A stretch of DNA of 64,000 bases from an uncultured Planctomycetales bacterium (lineage in GTDB: Bacteria > Omnitrophota > Gorgyraeia > Gygaellales > Profunditerraquicolaceae): NCBI GenBank assembly GCA_964579435.1, contig CAZOGI010000011.1, forward strand, positions 18,655 through 82,654, in the 5' to 3' direction. The translations under genes and the position numbers were made by a program. The notes under the pieces are model-generated. The model saw nothing but the letters and a program-made list of their open reading frames with translations, did no database searches and was not told the DNA's origin. Shown here piece after piece: positions 27,856-37,645 of the stretch. Every line of letters starts with the position of its first letter. Position 1 is the first letter of the stretch.

Positions 27856-27915
27856 CACAAGACACATGACACATGTTTAGGCGAAAAGTTTCTGGCCTGC
27901 GGTGTTATGTTACTG
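27844..27915 (+). repeat. GACAC-heptad repeat element, copy b (supplies the HDT-stop of the upstream gene)
   Basis: CATGACACGTGACACAAGACACATGACACATG. The CATGACACGTGA encodes H-D-T-stop of the HD-GYP gene. Confidence 0.6.
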
Positions 27916-27940
27916 AAATCAGAACAAGCAAAAAAAATAT

Positions 27941-27968
27941 TTGACAAACAACGAATATATAGTATAAT
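27941..27968 (+). promoter_or_regulatory. Consensus sigma70 promoter TTGACA-16-TATAAT with an upstream A-tract, abutting rplM
   Basis: TTGACA at 27941-27946 and TATAAT at 27963-27968. The ATG at 27978 is only 9 nt downstream, so the mRNA is leaderless or nearly so. Confidence 0.6.
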
Positions 27969-27977
27969 TTTCAACCT

Positions 27978-28409
27978 ATGCAGAAAACATACGTTCCCCG
28001 CAAAGAAGATATCAAGCGCCAGTGGCTGATCGTTGACGCCAAAGACAAAGTGTTGGGCCGCGTTGCGGCAAAAGTAGCGAGTTTGCTGCGCGGCAAACAC
28101 AAGACGGTCTTTACCCCCCATATGGATACGGGGGACGGGGTCATCGTGATCAATGCCGCTTTGGTGCGCGTGACCGGACGCAAACTCTCGCAGAAGGTGT
28201 ATCGCCGTTTTTCCGGCTACCCGGGCGGTTTGAAAGAGGTGACTCTCTCAAACATGCTCTCGAAAAAGCCGGAGACGGTGATGAAGCTGGCGGTCCAGCG
28301 GATGCTGCCGCAGAATCGGCTGGGCAGGGATTTGATGAAGAATCTGAAGATATTCGCAGATGAGGTTCACCGGCAGCAGGCTCAGAAGCCGGCGGCTCTG
28401 GAGGCTTAA
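27978..28409 (+). CDS. rplM: 50S ribosomal protein L13
   Basis: [30 protein letters not shown]. Confidence 0.95.
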   Translation: MQKTYVPRKEDIKRQWLIVDAKDKVLGRVAAKVASLLRGKHKTVFTPHMDTGDGVIVINAALVRVTGRKLSQKVYRRFSGYPGGLKEVTLSNMLSKKPETVMKLAVQRMLPQNRLGRDLMKNLKIFADEVHRQQAQKPAALEA

Positions 28410-28417
28410 GGACTGGA

Positions 28418-28810
28418 ATGGCTGAGAAAATCCCCATATATATCGGCAGGAGAAAAGAAGCGATTGCCCGGGTGCGGGTCAAGCCCGGCGCCGGCGTTAT
28501 TGTCGTCAACGGCAAACCGTACGATACCTACTTCCTCCGGGAAACGGATCAGATCATCGTCAAGCAGCCTTTGATCGCGACGAATAACCTGGCCAAATTC
28601 GATATCTCCGCGCGTCTGTGCGGCGGCGGGTTGACCGGCCAGGCGGGAGCTTTGCGCCTGGGCATCGCGCGCGCGCTGGCGGCTTCGGATGCTACCTATA
28701 AGGATGTCATGCGCAAGCAGGGCTTCCTGACGCGCGATCCGCGGGCGAAGGAGCGCAAGAAGTACGGCCTGAAGGGGGCACGCAAACGCTTCCAGTGGAC
28801 AAAACGCTAA
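28418..28810 (+). CDS. rpsI: 30S ribosomal protein S9
   Basis: C-terminal GARKRFQWTKR. Confidence 0.95.
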   Translation: MAEKIPIYIGRRKEAIARVRVKPGAGVIVVNGKPYDTYFLRETDQIIVKQPLIATNNLAKFDISARLCGGGLTGQAGALRLGIARALAASDATYKDVMRKQGFLTRDPRAKERKKYGLKGARKRFQWTKR

Positions 28811-28844
28811 ACTAACGCTGCGCAGTGCGCAGTTGCAGGACTGA

Positions 28845-28883
28845 CCCCGCGGGGCGCTAAAGCGATCCGCGGGGTTTTTGTTT
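28845..28883 (+). terminator. Rho-independent terminator after rpsI
   Basis: CCCCGCGG-N14-CCGCGGGG followed by TTTTTGTTT. Confidence 0.65.
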
Positions 28884-29065
28884 GCGGGCTCATGAGCGTA
28901 GGTTGTTTGACACACCCCCCGCGCTCAGGGGCAACTTGTTCAATAAGGCATTGCGCCAATGTCCCCTCGCGGGGAAGTTGCGCGGGTGTTGCGCTTTCTG
29001 CGCAAAGACACCGGACCCCAGAAGCTTTAAGAGAGAGGTATGGTCTTGTTCCGACGAGAAAATGC

Positions 29066-29094
29066 TTGACGATGCGTTTGATTTCGATTAATAT
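29066..29094 (+). promoter_or_regulatory. Sigma70-like promoter TTGACG-17-TAATAT upstream of argC
   Basis: TTGACG at 29066-29071 and TAATAT at 29089-29094. Confidence 0.45.
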
Positions 29095-29146
29095 GGACTC
29101 ATTGTTGCGACGCTACGGTCCTGCCACACCGAAAGGAAATCCGACG

Positions 29147-30175
29147 ATGGTACGGGTAGGGATTATCGGCGCCAGCGGTTTCGCCGGCGAAGAGCTTTTG
29201 GCGATACTGCTTCGCCACGCCCATGTTTCGATTAAGCACCTCTCCGCGAAGATCGACGCTGCGCGGCCGATCACCGAGCTTTTTCCGCGCTTCAAGAACC
29301 AGATCGACCTGGTCTGCGGACTCCCCGATGCGGCGGCTGCCGCCGCATCGTGCGAATGCGTCTTCCTGGCGTTGCCGCACACCGTTTCGCTTTCGTTCGT
29401 CCCGGAGCTGCTCAAGGCCGGGGTACGCGTGATCGATCTCTCCGCCGACTACCGTTTCCGCGATGCAGGCGTGTATGAAAAGCATTACCATACCAAGCAT
29501 CCGGACGCCGCTTCGCTTAAAAAAGCGGTGTACGGCCTGACGGAGCTCTATCGCCAGGATGTCGCCCGGGCCCATTTTGTGGCTAACCCCGGTTGTTATC
29601 CGACGGCCGCGATCCTGGGATTGGCGCCGCTTTTGTCGTGCGCCCACGATTCCCTCGATACCGCTTCGATCATCATCGATGCAAAGTCCGGCGTATCCGG
29701 TGCCGGCCGCAAGGTGCATGAATCATTCATCTTCTGCGAGGTGAACGAGGACTTCAGGGCATACAAGGTTGACGCGCATCAGCATGCCCCGGAGATCGAC
29801 CAGGAGCTTTCGCGCCTTGCCGGCACGCGCCTGAGCGCGACGTTCGTGCCGCACCTGCTGCCTCTGAACCGGGGGATATTGGAGACGATATATGTGCGCA
29901 AAAAACCCGGTAAAAAAGCGCAGGACCTTAAGGCCCTGAAGTTGTTCCAGCGATTCTATAAAGAGGAACCGTTTGTGCGCGTGCGGGAAGCGGGCGTTTT
30001 CCCGCGGCTGCGCGACGTCGTGAATACGAACTTCTGCGATATCGGTGTCTACGAGACCAGCGATAAGATCATCGTGATCTCGGCGATCGATAATCTCCTC
30101 AAGGGCGCCGCCGGGCAGGCGGTGCAGAATTTCAACGTGATGTTCGGTTTCCCCCAGACCCAGGGGTTGGCATGA
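29147..30175 (+). CDS. argC: N-acetyl-gamma-glutamyl-phosphate reductase
   Basis: VRVGIIGASGFAGEEL and active-site Cys (NPGCYPTA). Confidence 0.9.
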   Translation: MVRVGIIGASGFAGEELLAILLRHAHVSIKHLSAKIDAARPITELFPRFKNQIDLVCGLPDAAAAAASCECVFLALPHTVSLSFVPELLKAGVRVIDLSADYRFRDAGVYEKHYHTKHPDAASLKKAVYGLTELYRQDVARAHFVANPGCYPTAAILGLAPLLSCAHDSLDTASIIIDAKSGVSGAGRKVHESFIFCEVNEDFRAYKVDAHQHAPEIDQELSRLAGTRLSATFVPHLLPLNRGILETIYVRKKPGKKAQDLKALKLFQRFYKEEPFVRVREAGVFPRLRDVVNTNFCDIGVYETSDKIIVISAIDNLLKGAAGQAVQNFNVMFGFPQTQGLA

Positions 30176-31308
30176 AACTCTACCCAAAGGCGATCCTGCC
30201 CCGGGGGTTCCGCGCCAGCGCCACCGTTGCCGGTATCAAGCGTTCGGGAAGGCTTGATCTTGCCTTTATCGATTTCGGCGCTCCTGCCGTCGCCGCGCAT
30301 CTGTTTACGACCAATACCCTCCAGGCAGCGCCGCTGCGCCTGAACCAGCGGTATCTGGGCGAGCACCGGACGTTCCGGGGGCTGCTCGTCAACAGCGGCA
30401 ATGCCAACTGTTTTACGCTGCGCCAGGGGATCCGCGACGCTGCTTCGCTCGCCGAGCGCTGTGCCCGCCTCCTGGGAGTCGTTCCGGGGACGATCCTGGT
30501 CGGCTCAACGGGTATCATCGGCAGGAGGCTGCCGGTCGAGAAGATAGACCGGGCCCTTCCGGGCCTGTGCGCGGCGGTGACCGAGAACGGCATTCAGGCC
30601 GCGGCGCGGGCGATCATGACGACGGACACCTTCGCCAAAGAGGCGACGGCCCGCTTTTGCGTCGGTCGCACGCCGGTGACGGTCTGCGGCATCGCCAAAG
30701 GAGCCGGGATGATCGCGCCGAACATGGCGACGATGCTCTGTTATGTCTTCACCGACGCCTCCCTGACCCGCGCGCGGCTTGAGCGGATCGTGCGCCGCTG
30801 CGCCCAGACGAGCTTCAACGCCATAACGATCGACGGGTGCATGAGCACCAACGATACCCTCGGGGTCTTTGCCAACGGCCAAAGCCGGGTGCGTATCGCC
30901 TCGGACGCACAGGAGCGCGCGTTTTCCCAAGCGCTCGGTGCGGTTTTCCTGAGGCTGGCGCAGCTTATCGTGCGCGATGCGGAGGGCGCGACCAAGTTCG
31001 TGACGATCCAAGTCGACGGCGCCCGTTCTCCCCGGGAGGCGCGCGGCGCGGCGCTTGCCGTTGCCAACTCCAGTCTCTGTAAGTGCGCTTTCTACGGGTC
31101 AAGCCCCAATATATTCGGTCGCACGGTTGCGGCACTGGGCGCGGCGGGGGTGCGCTTTGACGAGGAGAAGATCAAGGTCACCTTCTCGCCCCTCAAGAAA
31201 AAGGATATAACCCTGCGCATCCGCTTGGGAAGCGCGGGCGCTTCGGCAACGATCTATACCTGCGATCTGACGCCCGCATACGTCAGGATCAACGCCGAAT
31301 ACAACTAA
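30172..31308 (+). CDS. argJ: Bifunctional ornithine acetyltransferase / N-acetylglutamate synthase
   Basis: ATML autoproteolysis site (MATMLCYVFTD). Confidence 0.9.
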   Translation: MKLYPKAILPRGFRASATVAGIKRSGRLDLAFIDFGAPAVAAHLFTTNTLQAAPLRLNQRYLGEHRTFRGLLVNSGNANCFTLRQGIRDAASLAERCARLLGVVPGTILVGSTGIIGRRLPVEKIDRALPGLCAAVTENGIQAAARAIMTTDTFAKEATARFCVGRTPVTVCGIAKGAGMIAPNMATMLCYVFTDASLTRARLERIVRRCAQTSFNAITIDGCMSTNDTLGVFANGQSRVRIASDAQERAFSQALGAVFLRLAQLIVRDAEGATKFVTIQVDGARSPREARGAALAVANSSLCKCAFYGSSPNIFGRTVAALGAAGVRFDEEKIKVTFSPLKKKDITLRIRLGSAGASATIYTCDLTPAYVRINAEYN

Positions 31309-31339
31309 ATAAGGAGCCTGCTGCGGCAGCGAGGCACGT

Positions 31340-32194
31340 ATGGAAGAGGCGATCCGCAAGGCGGAAGTTCTTATCGAAGCGCTGCCTTACATCAAGAAGT
31401 TCCACCGTAAGGCCGTGGTCATCAAGTACGGGGGCAGCATCCTGGGCGAGGAGAAGATCCGCCGGACCGTGCTGGAGGACATCGTTTTCCTGAGTTTCAT
31501 GGGGTTGCGTCCGCTCCTCGTCCACGGCGGCGGCCCCAATATCAGCGAGCGCATGCGCACGACCGGCAAAAAGACCGAATTCGTCGACGGGATGCGGGTG
31601 ACCGATGAGGAGACCCTGCGCCTGGTCTCCGAGGAGCTCAAGACCCTCAACGATACCATCGTCAAGGAGCTCACCGACCTGGGCGCCCACGCCGTCGGCC
31701 TCAACGGCCGGGACAACAATCTGATCCAGGCCCAGAAGAAAAAGGCAAAGATCGACCTGGGGCTGGTCGGGCAGGTGACGGGGGTCGAAGCCGCGGGGCT
31801 GCAGGAGCTGCTGAAGGCAAATACCGTGCCGGTCATCATCCCGATGGGCATCGGTACCGACGGGAAAGTGTACAACGTCAACGCGGACGAGGCGGCGGCG
31901 CAGGTAGCGGTGGCGGCGAAAGCCGAGAAGTTCGTGCTCCTGACCAACGTCAAGGGGATCATGCGCAACGCCGAGGATCCGGCGTCTTTCATCTCGACCC
32001 TCAACATAAAGGAAACCCGTTCGCTGATCGCTTCGGGGGTGGTGCAGCAGGGGATGATCCCCAAGGTGAGCGCCTGCATCGAGGCTTTGGAGGGCGGCGT
32101 CCGCAAGACCCATATCATCGATGCGCGCATGCCGCACGGCCTGCTCCTTGAGATTTTTACCGATACCGGCGTCGGGACCGAGATCGTCAAATAG
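31340..32194 (+). CDS. argB: Acetylglutamate kinase
   Basis: VIKYGGS, LLVHGGGP. Confidence 0.9.
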   Translation: MEEAIRKAEVLIEALPYIKKFHRKAVVIKYGGSILGEEKIRRTVLEDIVFLSFMGLRPLLVHGGGPNISERMRTTGKKTEFVDGMRVTDEETLRLVSEELKTLNDTIVKELTDLGAHAVGLNGRDNNLIQAQKKKAKIDLGLVGQVTGVEAAGLQELLKANTVPVIIPMGIGTDGKVYNVNADEAAAQVAVAAKAEKFVLLTNVKGIMRNAEDPASFISTLNIKETRSLIASGVVQQGMIPKVSACIEALEGGVRKTHIIDARMPHGLLLEIFTDTGVGTEIVK

Positions 32195-32219
32195 GGTATT
32201 TCGTCAGGATAGGGTAACC

Positions 32220-33404
32220 ATGAAAAAACAGGAATTGTTCCAGGTCTACCAGGACGGGGTGCTGCCGACGTATACCAAGACCCCGCTGATCTTCGTGAAG
32301 GGCAAGGGCAGCTTTCTGTGGGATATCGACAACCGGCGTTTCCTGGACTTCTTCCCGGGATGGGGGGTCGGCAACCTCGGACACTGTCATCCCAAGGTCG
32401 TGCAGGCGGTGCGGGAACAGAGCGGCAAACTTATTTTCGTGCCGAACAATTATTACCACCCCGGCCAGGCACGGCTCGTACGGGAGCTGTCGCGCCATAC
32501 CTTTGCGGCGAAGATGTTTTTCTGTAATTCGGGTGCCGAAGCCAACGAAGGGGCGATCAAGTTCAGCCGTAAATACGGCAAGGGCCGCTACGAGGTCATC
32601 TCTTTCCTGAACTCTTTTCACGGCCGCACCCTGGCTGCCCTGGCGGCGACCGGCCAGGAGAAATATCAGCGGGGCTTTGAGCCGTTGCCGGCCGGTTTCA
32701 AATCAATCCCCTTCAACGATCTGGCTGCGGTCAGGTCGGCGGTCTCGGATAAGACCGCCGCGATCCTGATTGAATTGATACAGGGGGAGGGCGGGATCAA
32801 TATCGCTTCCCCTGATTTCGTCAAAGGGCTGCGCGCGCTCTGCGATGAGCGGGATATCCTGCTTATCGTCGATGAAGTGCAGACCGGCATCGGCCGTACC
32901 GGCACGATGTTCTGCTACCAGCACTACGGTATCGAGCCGGATATCATGACCCTGGCAAAGGCTTTGGGCGGGGGGTTGCCGATCGGTATGATGGTGGTGC
33001 GCAAGGCGATCGCCGAGACCCTGCAACCGGGGATGCACGCCTCGACCTTCGGCGGCGGACCGGTGGTGACGCGCGCTGCCGAGGCGGTGCTCAAGGCGGT
33101 CCGCCAGGAGCGGCTCTTGAGCAATGCGTCGCAGAAAGGCGAGTACCTCAGAGAGAAGCTCCGGGGTCTGGCGCAACGGTATCCGCTCATCAAGGAGATC
33201 CGCGGCAAAGGCTTGATGGTGGGGGTGGAGCTTTCCGTCCCCGGCAAGGCCCTGGTTGAGGAGTGCATGAAGCGGGGATTGCTTATCAACTGCACCCATG
33301 ACTGCGTCCTGCGCCTGATGCCAGCGCTCTCGGTGAGCAAGAAAGAGATCGATACGGCGATGGGGATATTGACCGCTTCGTTGGAAACCGTTGCGAAAGG
33401 GTGA
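32220..33404 (+). CDS. argD: Acetylornithine aminotransferase
   Basis: Class-III aminotransferase. DEVQTGIGRTG PLP-Lys region. Confidence 0.9.
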   Translation: MKKQELFQVYQDGVLPTYTKTPLIFVKGKGSFLWDIDNRRFLDFFPGWGVGNLGHCHPKVVQAVREQSGKLIFVPNNYYHPGQARLVRELSRHTFAAKMFFCNSGAEANEGAIKFSRKYGKGRYEVISFLNSFHGRTLAALAATGQEKYQRGFEPLPAGFKSIPFNDLAAVRSAVSDKTAAILIELIQGEGGINIASPDFVKGLRALCDERDILLIVDEVQTGIGRTGTMFCYQHYGIEPDIMTLAKALGGGLPIGMMVVRKAIAETLQPGMHASTFGGGPVVTRAAEAVLKAVRQERLLSNASQKGEYLREKLRGLAQRYPLIKEIRGKGLMVGVELSVPGKALVEECMKRGLLINCTHDCVLRLMPALSVSKKEIDTAMGILTASLETVAKG

Positions 33405-34378
33405 GTGTGATGGATAAAGATCTTCTCTCGATCCTTGACCTGAGCACCGCCGATCTGGAGCGGCTTTTCTCCCTGACCGACCGGCTCAAGAAGAACCGCA
33501 AGCAGTTCGCCCGTTCCCTCTCGGGCAAGACCCTGGCGCTCATTTTCCAGAAACCCTCGAACCGGACCAGGGTATCGTTCGAAGTGGGGATGAACCAGAT
33601 GGGCGGGCACAGCATTTATCTTGCCCCGCACGAGATCAATCTGGGGGTGCGCGAGTCGATCAAGGATGTGGCCAAGACGCTCTCCCGGTATATCGACGGG
33701 GTGGTGCTGCGCACCTTCGCCCACGATAACGTCCGCGAGATGGCGCGGCACGCCTGCGTCCCGGTTATCAACGGGCTTTCGGATTTTTCCCACCCCTGTC
33801 AGGCGCTTGCCGACCTCTATACGGTGCGCGAGCAATTCAAGGAGATAAGCGGGCGTACCCTCGCCTACATCGGCGACGGAAACAACGTCTGCAACTCGCT
33901 TCTTTTCATTTGTTCGAAACTGGGGGTCAACATCAATGTCGCCACTCCCCGCGGGTTTGAGCCCCAGGCGCATGTCGTCGATGAGGCGCGCCGGCTGGCC
34001 GCCAAGACCAAAGCGCGGGTGAGCATTTTCAACGTCGTCTCCTCGGCCGCGGAGGCCGCGGACGTCATTTATACCGACGTCTGGACCAGCATGGGACAGG
34101 AAACCGAAGCGGAATCGCGCCGCAGGGCGTTCGCGGCGTTCCAGATCAACCGGGCCCTCCTTCAGCGGGCGAAAAAGCACGTCTTGATCATGCATTGCCT
34201 GCCCGCGCACCGGGGCGAGGAGATAACCGACGAGGTAATAGACAGCGTGCATTCCGTGGTTTTCGATCAGGCGGAGAACCGTTTGCATGTGCAGAAGGCG
34301 GTGCTCCTGGAGCTTTTGAAGAAAAACGGCGCGCAAGGCGGTAACGTATGCCGCGTGCAGCGAAAGGCACACTCATGA
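33401..34378 (+). CDS. argF: Ornithine carbamoyltransferase
   Basis: STRTR carbamoyl-phosphate motif, HCLP. GTG at 33401 overlaps the argD stop; alternative ATG at 33410. Confidence 0.9.
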   Translation: MSVMDKDLLSILDLSTADLERLFSLTDRLKKNRKQFARSLSGKTLALIFQKPSNRTRVSFEVGMNQMGGHSIYLAPHEINLGVRESIKDVAKTLSRYIDGVVLRTFAHDNVREMARHACVPVINGLSDFSHPCQALADLYTVREQFKEISGRTLAYIGDGNNVCNSLLFICSKLGVNINVATPRGFEPQAHVVDEARRLAAKTKARVSIFNVVSSAAEAADVIYTDVWTSMGQETEAESRRRAFAAFQINRALLQRAKKHVLIMHCLPAHRGEEITDEVIDSVHSVVFDQAENRLHVQKAVLLELLKKNGAQGGNVCRVQRKAHS

Positions 34379-35559
34379 AGAAAGTGGTTCTGGCGTATTC
34401 CGGGGGGCTCGATACCTCCTGTATCGTCAAATGGTTGACTGACCGGGGCTGGGGGGTGGTTTGCTTCGTCGCCGATCTCGGCCAGGGGCTGGGCAGGGGA
34501 GAGGACCTGGCGGCGATCCGCGCGCGGGCGATGGCTGCCGGCGCGCAGAAGGTGGTCATCAAAGACCTGCAGGACGAATTCGTCGCTGATTTTATCGTCC
34601 CGGCGCTGAAGGCCGATGCCGCCTATGAGGGCAAATATCTCCTGGCGACGGCTTTGGGCAGGCCTTTGATAGCCAAACACCTCGTGCAAATCGCCCATGC
34701 CGAAGGAGCGCAGGCAATCGCGCACGGCTGTACCGGAAAAGGCAATGACCAGGTCAGGTTTGAGGTGACGGCGCAGATACTGGATCCGCGTTTGGAGATC
34801 ATCGCTCCCGTGCGGCAGTGGGAATTCAAGTCGCGTGAGGAAGAGATCGAGTATGCCCTCAAGAGCGGGATCCCTATTGACGTGACCAAAAAGAAACCAT
34901 ACAGCATCGACCGCAACCTTTGGGGCATCAGCATCGAGGCGGGGATTCTGGAGGATCTGCGGCAGGAACCGCCGCAGGATGCATACCTCATGACGAAAAA
35001 TCCCGGTCAGTGGCCGGGCGCCGCGCGCTACCTGCGCATCGGGTTCGAAAAGGGCGTTGCGGTGATGCTGGACGGGAAGCGCATGAAGCTGAAGGATATG
35101 ATCGTTACCCTCAACCGGGTCGCGGGCGCCTACGGCGTCGGACGGTATGACATGGTGGAGAACCGCCTGGTGGGCATTAAGTCCCGGGAGATCTATGAAG
35201 CGCCGGCGGCGACCGTGCTGATGAACGCGCACCGCGAGCTTGAATGCCTGGTGCTTGACCGGGAGCTGGCGCACTATAAAGAGACGGTTTCCCTCAAGTA
35301 CGCTGAGTTGGTCTATTACGGGCTCTGGTATTCCCCGCTCAAAGAGGCACTCGACGCCTTCGTCGCGCAGACGCAAAAGAGGGTCAGCGGGGAGGTCAGG
35401 CTGAAGCTGCATAAGGGCAGTTGCGTTGCGGTCGGGCGTTCGTCGCGCTATTCGCTGTATCAGAAAAAACTGAGCACCTACGGCGCCGAGGATGCGTTCG
35501 ACCAGTCGCTGGCCGAGGGGTTCATCAGGCTGTGGGCGTTGCCGTATCGGCGGGCGTAG
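34375..35559 (+). CDS. argG: Argininosuccinate synthase
   Basis: AYSGGLDTS PP-loop. ATGA overlap with argF. Confidence 0.95.
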   Translation: MKKVVLAYSGGLDTSCIVKWLTDRGWGVVCFVADLGQGLGRGEDLAAIRARAMAAGAQKVVIKDLQDEFVADFIVPALKADAAYEGKYLLATALGRPLIAKHLVQIAHAEGAQAIAHGCTGKGNDQVRFEVTAQILDPRLEIIAPVRQWEFKSREEEIEYALKSGIPIDVTKKKPYSIDRNLWGISIEAGILEDLRQEPPQDAYLMTKNPGQWPGAARYLRIGFEKGVAVMLDGKRMKLKDMIVTLNRVAGAYGVGRYDMVENRLVGIKSREIYEAPAATVLMNAHRELECLVLDRELAHYKETVSLKYAELVYYGLWYSPLKEALDAFVAQTQKRVSGEVRLKLHKGSCVAVGRSSRYSLYQKKLSTYGAEDAFDQSLAEGFIRLWALPYRRA

Positions 35560-35570
35560 AAGGGGACGAC

Positions 35571-35670
35571 GGGTAACCAGATACAAGACACCAGACACAA
35601 GACACAAGAATAATTCATTCTGCGGCGACGCATAAGCGGTCTCTGCTTGTCTCTGGTGCATTGTTACCGG
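35571..35670 (+). repeat. GACAC-heptad palindromic repeat element, copy c
   Basis: GGGTAACCAGATACAAGACACCAGACACAAGACACAAGA ... TCTCTGCTTGTCTCTGGTGCATTGTTACCGG forms an imperfect ~100-bp inverted repeat. Confidence 0.6.
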
Positions 35671-35684
35671 TAAAGAGGAAGACA

Positions 35685-37082
35685 ATGGCGGACAAACTCT
35701 GGGGCACACGGTTCCCGAAGAAGACCAGCGTCCTGACGGATAGGTTTACCTCCAGTATCTCCTACGACCGGCGCCTGGCGCTCTATGATATCCGCGGCAG
35801 CATCGCCCATGCCCGGATGCTCGGAAAACAGGGGATCATACCCGCGCGCGACGCCGGCGCCATCGTGCGCGGGCTCCAGACGCTGGAACACAGGCTCCGT
35901 AAGGGGCTGCTGCGCATCGACCCCGCGGCGGAGGATATCCATTCGGCGGTACAGGAAGCGCTGCAGCGGCTTATCGGCGCGCCTGCCGCGCGGCTGCATA
36001 CCGCGCGTTCGCGCAACGACCAGATCGCCCTTGATATCCGTCTCTATATGAAAGACGCGGTGCAGGACCTGTGCGAGGCAGTGGTCTTGCTGCAGCGTCA
36101 GGTCGTGCAGTTCGCCCGGCAGAACAAAGAGGTGATTATCCCCGGCTATACGCACCTGCAGACGGCGCAGTGCGTCCTGTTGAGCCATCATCTTCTGGCG
36201 TATGTCGAGGCCTTGGAGCGAGACCGGGAGCGCCTGAGCGGTTCGCTCAAACGCATCGACCAGATGCCCCTGGGCAGCGGCGCCCTTTCGGGTACCGGTC
36301 TGCCGATCGACCGCGAAGCGGTGCGCCGGATGCTGGGGTTCTCCCGCCTGACCCGCAACAGCATCGACAGCGTCAGCGACCGCGACAGCATCATCGAGGT
36401 GCTGGCGGCGCTCTCCATCCTGATGGTCCACCTTTCTCGTATCGCCGAGGATCTGATTCTTTGGGCGACGAAAGAGTTCCATTTCATCGACATCGATTTC
36501 TCCTTCTGCACCGGTTCCAGCATCATGCCGCACAAGAAGAACCCCGACGTCTTGGAGCTCATCCGCGGGTCGGCGGCTCAGGTCCACGGGAGCCTCTCGG
36601 CCCTGCTGATGCTCATGAAAGGCCTGCCGCTCTCCTATAACCGCGACCTTCAGCTGGACAAGCCGCCGCTCTTCGAATCGGTCGATACCGCCAAAGAGGT
36701 CCTGGCGATATTCGTGGCGCTTTTCCAGAATATCGTCATCGAACGGGAGGCGGTACGCGCCCGTATAAACGACGAGGCTCTTTTTTCGGTGGATATCGTG
36801 GAGTATCTTATCCGCAAAGGCGCTTCGTACCGCCAGGCCCACGATATCGTCGGCCGACTGGTGAGGGAGTGTCTCGATAAGGGCCGTCCGATCCGCACCC
36901 TCGGCCGCGCGGCGTTGCAGCAGTTTTCGCCGCTGCTAAAAGAGGATGTCAAAGCGATCCTCTCCCCGGAAGCTTCGGTGCGGCTGAAACGTTCCCGGGG
37001 AGGGACGAATCCGCAGATGGTTGGGCGCGAACTTGCGCGCTGGGAGCGCGTGCTGGGCGTGCGCAGAAGGAGGAACGAATGA
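35685..37082 (+). CDS. argH: Argininosuccinate lyase
   Basis: MADKLWGTRF start. GSSIMPHKKNPD fumarate-lyase signature. Confidence 0.95.
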   Translation: MADKLWGTRFPKKTSVLTDRFTSSISYDRRLALYDIRGSIAHARMLGKQGIIPARDAGAIVRGLQTLEHRLRKGLLRIDPAAEDIHSAVQEALQRLIGAPAARLHTARSRNDQIALDIRLYMKDAVQDLCEAVVLLQRQVVQFARQNKEVIIPGYTHLQTAQCVLLSHHLLAYVEALERDRERLSGSLKRIDQMPLGSGALSGTGLPIDREAVRRMLGFSRLTRNSIDSVSDRDSIIEVLAALSILMVHLSRIAEDLILWATKEFHFIDIDFSFCTGSSIMPHKKNPDVLELIRGSAAQVHGSLSALLMLMKGLPLSYNRDLQLDKPPLFESVDTAKEVLAIFVALFQNIVIEREAVRARINDEALFSVDIVEYLIRKGASYRQAHDIVGRLVRECLDKGRPIRTLGRAALQQFSPLLKEDVKAILSPEASVRLKRSRGGTNPQMVGRELARWERVLGVRRRRNE

Positions 37083-37633
37083 GGCAGACTCTTTGCGTTC
37101 TGGGGGGGGTAGTGTTTCTGGGGGCGTTTTTAAGTCCGCTCGGCGCCCAGTCCCCCGAGGAAAAACTGACGATAACCACGTACTATCCGTCCCCGTTCGG
37201 CTCTTACAACGAGTTACGGGCAAGGAAATTGGCGCTCGGGGATGCCGAGATGCCTTCGCGCGCGGGGGATATGACTTTCCACTTGCAGGCAGGCGACCCT
37301 GCTGCCTGGCCCGCCGGGAAAGAGGGGCAAGCGAGCTATTCGCAGCAGGTCAAGGCGCTTTTTTATTACGACGGGTCCCTCTGGCGTCGGGCGTCGGGCG
37401 CACAGGCCTCGGCGGTAGTGGAGAAAAACTCGAACATCAACGCGACGTTTCCTCTGGGGATGACGGTCGCCGAATGGCCGGTGTGTTTCCTGGTCGGTTT
37501 CGGCTCGACGGCCGGCAGCGGCGCATTCGACGACGGCTGCTCGATCATCGATCAGGGGGGGAACTGGGCGATGCAGATATGGGCCGACGGCGGCGAGAAC
37601 ATCAAGTGTCAGGCGCGCTGCCTCAAATTCTAA
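37079..37633 (+). CDS. Secreted hypothetical protein (signal peptide) embedded between argH and lysA
   Basis: ATGA overlap with argH. MRQTLCVLGGVVFLGAFLSPLGAQS signal. Confidence 0.55.
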   Translation: MRQTLCVLGGVVFLGAFLSPLGAQSPEEKLTITTYYPSPFGSYNELRARKLALGDAEMPSRAGDMTFHLQAGDPAAWPAGKEGQASYSQQVKALFYYDGSLWRRASGAQASAVVEKNSNINATFPLGMTVAEWPVCFLVGFGSTAGSGAFDDGCSIIDQGGNWAMQIWADGGENIKCQARCLKF

Positions 37634-37645
37634 AGACATCTTTGT

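Noticed and set aside
25855-27867. 670-aa minus-strand ORF
   Set aside because: Antisense to the CHASE2/HD-GYP gene. A GC-rich open frame with no recognisable domain.
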